Of a stretch of DNA of 64,000 nucleotides, positions 55,501 to 64,000 are shown piece after piece. A program made the translations under genes and the position numbers. Within the stretch, counting starts at the first letter, position 1; every line of letters begins with the position of its first letter. This DNA is from Adineta vaga (lineage: Eukaryota; Animalia; Rotifera). A model generated the notes under the pieces. It did no database searches, was not told where the DNA came from, and was given only the letters and a program-made list of their open reading frames with translations. The stretch is from contig CP075493.1 in NCBI GenBank assembly GCA_021613535.1, positions 2,170,001-2,234,000 on the forward strand, written 5' to 3'.

Positions 55501-58233
55501 TGCGGTACAAGTAGATGACCCACTTGTGTAGGAAAAACTTTTCCAAGATGTTTTCCAATGATATCCTCATCAGTCCATTGTTTAGTAAATATTCTATTGC
55601 CAGTTCTTAATTTTGAGCGTGGATTAGTGATGGTTTTTCTGTAAAATTCTATAGAATTTTCAATAAATTCAAGTACTTGATTATTAAGTCCATTCATAAA
55701 TGAATGTTTAATTTGACATGACTGACAAAAATCGAAATTATTTTCAGGTATTTTTCGACAGGTTTGACATTTATTGGATTTTCGATCGATTTTACCAGCA
55801 GACTTCCACTCATTGAATATCGTACAGAGACGAAATAGATCACTATTCGATTTTTCTGTATCAAATGTGATGCGATTATCTATGGTATCTTTCGATAAGA
55901 ATAAAGAACCCGGTGCAGACAAAATAGCAGCTATAGTAGTCACTAATGAAAGTAATCGTTGACCATCTTTTTGTTCTGCATAGATATTGGTCATGAATGC
56001 ACTCAAACGAGGATCAATTGAAAGTTCAGCGAATAGTTCACCACGCCATGTTATGTCTTTCTTATCATCAATACACACTAAATCTGTTAGAAGATCCATT
56101 GAATGACGTATGGAGTCTGGCATAGGTTTGGTAAGAAAGGGAAATTCTTGTATATTGATACGTAAACGTTTGAACTGTAAAAGACTAAGATCCAATGATG
56201 AACGAAGAATTTCAGGTTCAATATTTTCTTCTTTTAAATCGGTATCATCATATAAACGAACACATCTTCCTCGTTTCGTATAATTAACTAAATCTCGACG
56301 TTTATTAGCTGAAAAGCGTGAGATACGAACTGTTTCAAGAACATTCCATCGATGTTGCATGTCAAAACGTAGTTCACGCACAAAACCTGTATCAATGACA
56401 AGTTGGACATTCCGAATAGGTAGCGAAGTTTCAGCAATATTTGTACAAAAAATAACCATTCGTTTCTTGGATTGTTTATCATCGAAGTCGAGTATTTCCT
56501 TCTGTTGTTCAAATGGTAATGACCCATAGAGTGGAAATACCACACAATCATTTGGCATTTTAGTAGAGAAAACCTCAATAGCTTTTTCAATATCTCGTTG
56601 ATTGGATATAAATACAAGTGTATGTTTTGTATGTTTGTGATAGAATCGTAACAACGTCGGTATAACGTGTACTTCAATAACTTTGTAATCTGGACAGTCA
56701 GTCGGTGGTGGTAGATTTTCTACTGTAACTGAATGTATATGATTTATGGTATTTAGCGTCAGAGCAGAAGAAAGATCAAAAAACTTCAGAAATGGTTTTG
56801 GATTCATAGTTGTGGAAACGATAACAACGAAGAAGTCCGTAGGGCGTTTCGTTAGTAATAATTTAGCAATACCAATGATAATATCTGTATTCAGAGATCG
56901 TTCATAAACTTCATCGATAATTAATACGCGTACTCGACTTAAATCTGGATCCATTTGATATTCATACATAAAAGCTGTGTCTGTCATAAACATGATATTT
57001 GTGCCAATTACACAAGCACTCTTTCGCGCTTGATCATTACCAACTTGATAGCCCACCGAATTACCTATTACTGTACCGTCAAATTCATCCGCAACTCGAT
57101 GTGCTAGAAGCATACAAGTTACTGGTCGTGGTTGAATAGATACAACCAGATCGTTACGGAAATATTCGGCTGCATATTGTGGTAATTGAGTACTTTTACC
57201 ACTGCCTGTTTCAGCTGTCACGAAGACTATTTTTTCTTCTTGTAGTCGTTCACAAAACTCAGTTCTTAATGTAAAAATAGGTCGCAGTGTCATTTTTCGT
57301 TCATTCATCCTCATTTCAAACGATTTCAAATGCTGATGTCGTTGATGAGTCTGTACTTTGTTTGTATTATTTTGAGATTTCTATTCAGATCAATAGAATA
57401 AAACCTATACACTAAATATTAGTAGAACTTACTTCATCAGAATCATTGTCACTCACATGAACAGATGAATGTGATCGATGCTTTCGTATATTTGTATCCT
57501 TATCATTTGCATTCGGATGTAAGTATGAACAATTCGATGTTCGACATTTACTTCCATGTTTACATTTGCTCTTACGAGGTTTTGGATGAGTCGCAGTACA
57601 ATCAAAATTGTTGCATTGTACACCATATTTACATACACGCCAGTGTGAAGAATGCATGTAGGAACAATCAGCAGTGAAGCAATTATCACCATGACGACAT
57701 TGTATCTGTTTTGAACGAGATTTTCCATGAGATGAATATGAATCATCTCGTGCTGTCGGACCTGCAAACACATCATCTTTTGTATTTAATAATATCAATT
57801 TCCATGTCCATCAATATTCAGCAATGAGTAAACAACACTTACTAGTGAATTTTGCTGGTACATCGTCATCATCAGTCGAATTATAATCAGTTCTAGATCG
57901 ATTTGAGTATGAACTATAATCGTCTGATTGTCTTGAAACTTTTGATTGATCGTTCATCATGTTCTCTTCATTTCCATTAAGTTGACATCTTATACGAGTT
58001 TGTCCACGTGTAAATGTTTCATTCCATGCGAAAACAAAATCATCAGCTTCCTCTTCACTTTTAAATCCATTGATTAATGCATACTGTTCAGATGAATTTG
58101 ACTGACACATATAGATATCTATAAGTCGTGAATCGATGTCGAATTGAATCGACAATTCACCAGTAGTCACATACATTGAAAGGCCTGTAACTCGAACAGT
58201 CCATTGTTTTGTAGCTGTATAAGACGATGTCAT
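52571..58233 (-). CDS. Giant multidomain protein: RRM, 3x CCCH, degenerate DEAH/RHA helicase, RRM/KH-like region, RING-IBR, PARP-like ADP-ribosyltransferase (3 exons; two frame breaks)
   Basis: Exons 58233-57843, 57761-57433 and 57380-52571 splice in phase. The three long ORFs of exon 3 join if one base is added near 55460 and one near 53762 (giving ...ASIANRSIYVQHAHEHVQQYFVTMSITRL and ...IFDKRFRVLELNSTVANFFG). Motifs: AETGSGKSTQLPQY, QPR, DEVY, TNIAETS, CVFC...CDHAYCRC, FCPNSEC...CFTC..DVCPSC...H....C, AFHGT...GFDPKRRAGQACGPGEYF. Confidence 0.85.
54853..54882 (-). repeat. (GAC/GAT)10 trinucleotide tract encoding poly-Asp
   Basis: GDDDDDDDDDDYE within the helicase-ART gene. Confidence 0.85.
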
Positions 58234-59890
58234 GTTTTACTAATGTCTTGAATGGCTGCAATAGTTACTAATTAAAAGAGAAAGTATTTTTGAGAATAAA
58301 CCAACCGACTTAAAAATTTCCAACTAGAAAAAAAGGCTCTCAAGAAGGAGGAACATGAAAGTTTTGTTACTTTATGACACCTGAAATACACTAATATTTG
58401 TTTAAGCCATGTGCTAGACATGTTGTAGTTTTTCATCTCAGATTGTTTGAGGTTCGTCACAGAAAATAATAAACAACTACAAAATTATAGTAAAAGGTAT
58501 TTATCATTGTTGTGATTGTACAACAACTTACAGAGTGTAAAAAACCACGAGGCCATGGTAAATATTATAATTAAAATGATTCTTTAAAAAGAGATTTTCT
58601 GAGAAAACTTTGCAGTTACATATTATTTGACTGTGGTTGGTGGTTGTTTTTTCTACGATGATCTGCATTTGTCTAAACACATGTGTATACTTTTCTAAAG
58701 TTTCGAAGATCAGACGAATTACTATTCAGTTTCTACGATTTGTTTCATAGAATGAATAAAGTTTTCAATGATCGTTCATTTCACCAATGTCGATTATGTA
58801 AATAAGCACTTGACATTAGGCAAGAAAAATATCTAATGATTTCGTTTCGTTTGTTTAAGTGAAAGAAAAGATTTCTTGGAAAAATGTTGTTTTTCTTTCG
58901 ACCTATAGACAAATCTGTATGCTTAATTCGCATCTACAGATGATGAGAATCTATGCAGAATTATAAAAGTTTTCTAATTATATTCTATACAAGAACCAAC
59001 TGACATAGTATATATTGGAAAATAAAACTATGAATTAGTTGAAATATGTCACTCATTAATAGTAAAATTTGCATTGATCCAATCGATTTAAAATATATTT
59101 TTCTGAATATTTCCTCGTGAAACATTCTCTGATTCGTGTTCGAAAGTTAGATGATTCTGTGAATAAATCCCCGTCATCTCGTATGAACATTGAAATAATT
59201 TGATTTGAAGAGTAACTTGAAATACATCACGTACATTTTGAACAAGTCGATTTCTGTTGTTTTATATGTAAATCTAACGGTGAACTAAATGTTCCTGTTA
59301 AACGACGAGTTTGTCGATTGTTATAAAAAATTCCTACGCCCACTTGATCATCTGGTACTTGACCTAAGAAAACGTATAGTTCTTCGTAAGATCGTAGCTA
59401 TAATTCGTACACAAACGATAATCATATCAAGCAGCATAAATGATCCACTTTAAAGCATTGCCTCAAAAGGCATTAGCATCATTTTTCTATGAAATTAACC
59501 TTACAACTAGCTACGATCATTACCAACTCAAGATGGTACAAACGTAGTGCTCTTAAGTTACGTTTCAAGGTTCATAAAATGTCTGACTTTAAAATACTAT
59601 ATGAGATTCTTATTCATTTGAAAAGTATATATGATATAAATAAAATGCCACCGATACTTATGAACTGAACAAGCAAATGCATACATAGAGACGAAACAAC
59701 ACAAAAAAAACTAAACGAAAACAAGCGTTAATATCAATAGCAACAAAAATACTGTCATCATTTGAAATGAAACGAAAGGGAATGTTTAATAATGAACTAT
59801 ACAAGGAACAGAAAGTATTAGATTTTGTTTTACGATAAGAATAAAATACTCAGATCTTAGAAAGAGTTAATCACATGAGACAAATTCTAT

Positions 59891-60898
59891 TTAACATGAT
59901 GCACAATTATTTGTTGATTTTTGTATTCTTTCATTAGCAGAATTATTGGAATTTGAATCAGATCGATTAGCAGCATGTGCTCGATTAAATTGTATGCCTG
60001 AATACATTCGATAAGGATCAATACTACCTGAAAACGTATACAATTTTCTTCCTTTCTTTCTTTCTTGAATCCAATCAATGTTATTACCTGAATCAATCTT
60101 GCTTAAAATCTTCTGTGCACATTTAAGAAAACTTTCGGTAATATTTTCATTATTCATTGCAGATGTCTCCAAAAACATCAGACCTTTTACCAAAGAAGAA
60201 AAAACGAATGAATTTCAATCTTTGTTTTTTTTTCGAATCAATCTCACCATTATCTTCAGCAAATCGACTGGCTTCCGCAAATGTTACTTGTCGTTGTTCT
60301 TCTAAATCTGTCTTATTTCCACATAGTATAATAACAATATTTGGACTAGCTAATGCACGTGCATCTTCTAACCAATTAGCAACAGTATTGTAACTTTCTC
60401 GACTTAAATGAACAATTAAATAAGATAAGAATACACTCATTCGTTTCTTTTACTTTGCTATATCATAGACTAATAAAGCACCGGATGCACCACGATAATA
60501 ACTACGTGTTACAGATCGAAATCTTTCTTGACCAGCTGTCTAAAAGAGAATCGAACGGTAAGAAAGAAAGAAAAAAAGAATTTGTTTATTTATTCATACA
60601 TCCCAAATTTGTAATTTGACATTTTTTTGATTTACATTGATAATTTTCGAACCGAATTCTGCGCCGATTGTATGCGTAATATCGACTTTAACTGAAAGAA
60701 ATCATTTAGTTTATGTTTAAAGTACAAATGATTTTATTTTACATTTATTTTCAAGAAATTGATGTAAAATACAAGATTTTCCTGTCGATGCACTGCCAAT
60801 GATGAGGAATTTAAATAGATATTCTAAAAATGAATGCAATGTACTTGGGAAGAAAAAACATTTAATCAATTACCGTAGGTTTCTGTCGGTTGAGACAT
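59891..60898 (-). CDS. RAB4: Rab4-like small GTPase (multi-exon)
   Basis: [97 protein letters not shown]. Confidence 0.9.
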
Positions 60899-61200
60899 CA
60901 ATCAACGTATTTCTAGTGAGTTGAAATAAAAATGACGTAGAAATAGGAAAATAATAATAAATACCTTGCCTATCGTCATGCATGTACTGACATTTGTTCT
61001 TATCGGTTAAAAAAAGAACCAAATAAAAACAAAACTGACTTGAGGCAACTAGCGACAATGCTTCAATATACTCCGGAGTGAAGTGAGGACCGTCAAGGAG
61101 AATTGAAGAAAGAATTTTTTGATGAATCTATTTTATAAACGATTGTGGTTTAGTGTTATAGGCTGCTACGTTGAAAGAAAGAAGAACTTTTATATTTTCA

Positions 61201-63139
61201 ATGTCAACATTATTGTCTCAAAAGTGTTCTGTTTGCTCAGCTCCTGTGCTCAATTCTCAAACATGGCAAGCAACAAAAACGAAATCAATTCGATCATCAA
61301 GTCCTAAACGAACTACTACGAAACAAGAATTAAAGTTAAAAAAAAACTTACTTAAGCCTTTGAAGTCTATTTGTTTCTTTAGTCGATCAAGTAGTGTACA
61401 AAATAAATTACCTAAATCATCGGTACTAGGTTTCGAAGATGAATATATCAAACAATTGCAAACACAAATCTATTACTTGGAAACTGAATGTCAATATTTA
61501 TATCCTTTTTTTTCTTTCATGAGTAGGTATAGTTTCTTTTTTTCCTTCTCATTATGAATATATGGATTTCTCCTTAACTGTAAATATACGCGTGATCAAT
61601 TGAATAAAACGTCAACATTAGCTCATCATACTAATCAAGTTGAACAAGATCGTTCCGATTTACAACGAAGTCTTCTTCAAACATCATCTCAATTCGAACA
61701 AATAGCAAGTGAAAATCATGGTCTAGCAATTGCATTAGATGAACTTCGTCGTAGGATTTTCTATTTAACAAATTTCTGATGATCATTCATTTCACTAATC
61801 TAGGAAAATTCGATATTGAGAAACAAAATTTACTCGATGAATTGACTAATTTACGACGAGCACGAGATGCCCTTGAACAAGAAAGACGTTCACATGATCA
61901 AGAATTACGACAACTTCGTGATCGAACACGAATATCATCGGATGAATTAAAAAATACTCAAGATAAAATTCGTATTTTAGAACAACAGGTTTGTCTTTTT
62001 TTTCCATTGATTGATCCATATCTTTCGTTTTTTATTGTTGTTGTTTTTCAGTTTGAACAACAATTAAATCAAAATAAACTTTTAAATGATGATCTTCGTC
62101 ATTCAAAACTAGAAACAAGTAATTTACAACGAACTTTGAATGATTATCAAATCATTAGTCGAGATCGTGATCGTCTACAAGGCATTGTTGCTGAATTAGA
62201 AGTTCGTATTTCTTCAAAATTTGATTCTCTATATATTCAGTTTTTCTTCTGTAGAAAGAAATGAAAATACTTCGACACGACTCGAAAACACAAGAAGTTC
62301 GATTTAATGAAGTTCAACTTCTTCGTAATAAAGTAATGTTTAATATTCATTGAAATTCGTCTTGTTTTATGACATTTCATTTTAGTTAACGGATGAAAAA
62401 GGTGTTTTATTAAAAGAATTAACACGTTTAGAAGCTTTATCAAAAGAATATGAACGCGAATTGGATGAACTTCGTCTTGCACTACGTGAACGAACGGATG
62501 TATTACAATTAAAAGATCAAGAATTAACTGCTTTACGAAAGAAAGAACAAACTTTTCGAAGTACAGCTGATAATTTACAAATCAAATTGGATACAGAATT
62601 ACTTCGTAATCAAGATCTTGATGGACAAGTAAGATGCAACTATCGAATGAGATCTTCTATGAAGAATATTCCTTTCTAGCTTAAACAATTACAACGACAA
62701 TTAAATATTGAAATTCAAACTGCAGTGACTGCTAAACGTGAATCAAATGAATATGAAATTCGTAATGTTCGTTTACAAGATGAAATCAATGCACTTTTAC
62801 GTGAAAAAGATCAATTAACAAGTCGTATTAATACATTACAACAACAAGTATAACTATTCATTGATTGGATTTTTTTCGTTCGATTCATTCATTATTCTTA
62901 TTTCTTTTCATTAGTTACTCAATGAAGAACATTTAACAAATAAATTGCGAATTGAAATGCAAGAACTTGAAGATCGAGTTAAAGAAATTGATCGTTTGAA
63001 ATCCTTAGAAGATTTAATTCAATCACAACGTTGGGATGATATGTCACAAATGGCTCAAACTATGCAAACAGTTAGTCGAACAATGGCACGAGCAACAAGT
63101 CCAACACCTCTACGCAAAAAACGAGTTGAATTACCGTGA
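61201..63139 (+). CDS. Uncharacterised long coiled-coil protein containing a U12 AT-AC intron
   Basis: Continuous heptad protein over ~9 exons: FEDEYIKQLQTQIYYLETECQYL|RDQLNK ... RLKSLEDLIQSQRWDDMSQMAQTM. Confidence 0.8.
61500..61589 (+). other. U12-type (minor spliceosome) AT-AC intron
   Basis: 5' site ATATCCTTT at 61500, branch point TCCTTAAC at 61571-61578, terminal AC at 61588-61589; removal restores the frame (TT|G = Leu). Confidence 0.92.
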
Positions 63140-64000
63140 AATATTTCTCAGAAACAACTTCATCGTTTACTTTTTATATCTTTTTTAATTTGTATTCATG
63201 TGTGTGTGTGTTTTCAAATTAGTTTCAATTTAGTTTTTAAAGTCATTTCACACCTATAAACTAGTTTAAATAATAATTCATTAAAATTTTATAGACACAT
63301 CGCTTTTTTTTCTCACATTGATTCTATATGTTCTTATGCATGTTCATAGAAAAATACATCTACAAAACGATCATCTGTGCCTTTCTTTCATCTGCATTTA
63401 GTATAACAAATAATCATGAATAAACCATTTGGTGTCGACATGTGCATGTGTGTATCGAATAGCAATTGTGTGTGTGTGTTTCTTATCCATCTATGAATAG
63501 AACAACAATAAAAAAGATTGTTGCATGTCACTTGTCGTCTTCATTGCCTGTTATTTTTTAGTCTAACTCTTTTCTTTCTTTTTTCTTCGTACTCTATGCT
63601 CAGGAGAACATTCATCAGCAATCGAACTGTCATGGTAATCCGCGCTCATTTTACTCTCTCAAGAGACTCAAGTCTTACATGACATGCGCACCAATATTAC
63701 ATCCTATACTCAACCCAATCAATCAGCTGAATAGAGATGAAGACTTGAATATATATGAGATGTCTCTTCATCAAATGATGATGATGAGGATGAGGATGAG
63801 GATGATAATACAGTAAGAAAGAGAAAAAGGCGGAGTATTTCTCTATCGCAGATAAATTGAAATAAGTGTCGAGAATTGTCATAACTAATGAGTTGTTTAT
63901 TGAGGAGAAACAATCGAAAAAGGATTTACTCAATGTATAGATATTTAATCTGTACATGATGGAAGATAAAAAAGAAAAAGAAGAAAAGACCGAACGGTAT

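Noticed and set aside
63697-63957. Minus-strand ORFs with poly-His/poly-Ser
   Set aside because: Derived from a GAT/GAG trinucleotide tract at the window edge; no supportable gene model.

Overview
AT-rich, gene-dense eukaryotic DNA with very short (mostly 45-70 nt) GT-AG introns. The intron size, gene density and mix of metazoan and foreign-looking genes point to a bdelloid rotifer (inference, not proven). I reconstructed about 25 spliced protein-coding loci by hand. Recognisable metazoan genes: RSPH9, UGP2, ROPN1L, Aurora kinase, SCAMP, TMEM68-like acyltransferase, rabphilin, FAM81-like, leucokinin-type GPCR, ARH-family hydrolase, TIS11/ZFP36, SNX4, SIRT3-like sirtuin, BCO/RPE65-family oxygenase and Rab4. 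Horizontal-transfer candidates: a Pol X-like nucleotidyltransferase, two ABM/YgiN monooxygenases and a pyruvate decarboxylase carrying 9 introns. The most unusual locus is a ~1,840-aa RRM + 3xCCCH + degenerate DEAH helicase + RING-IBR + PARP-like ADP-ribosyltransferase gene, a candidate RNA-sensing defence effector. Structure not visible in the ORF track: a U12 AT-AC intron, duplicated mutually exclusive exons in SCAMP, a 9-nt microexon candidate in rabphilin, an operon-like PDC-oxygenase junction, a truncated GAS8 relic, RFX X-boxes, and five one-base-short frame breaks (four clear, one tentative) that are probably assembly errors. No rRNA, tRNA, CRISPR array or intact transposon was recognised. 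Exon boundaries were read by eye and may be off by a few nt; all homology calls are from remembered motifs, not database searches.
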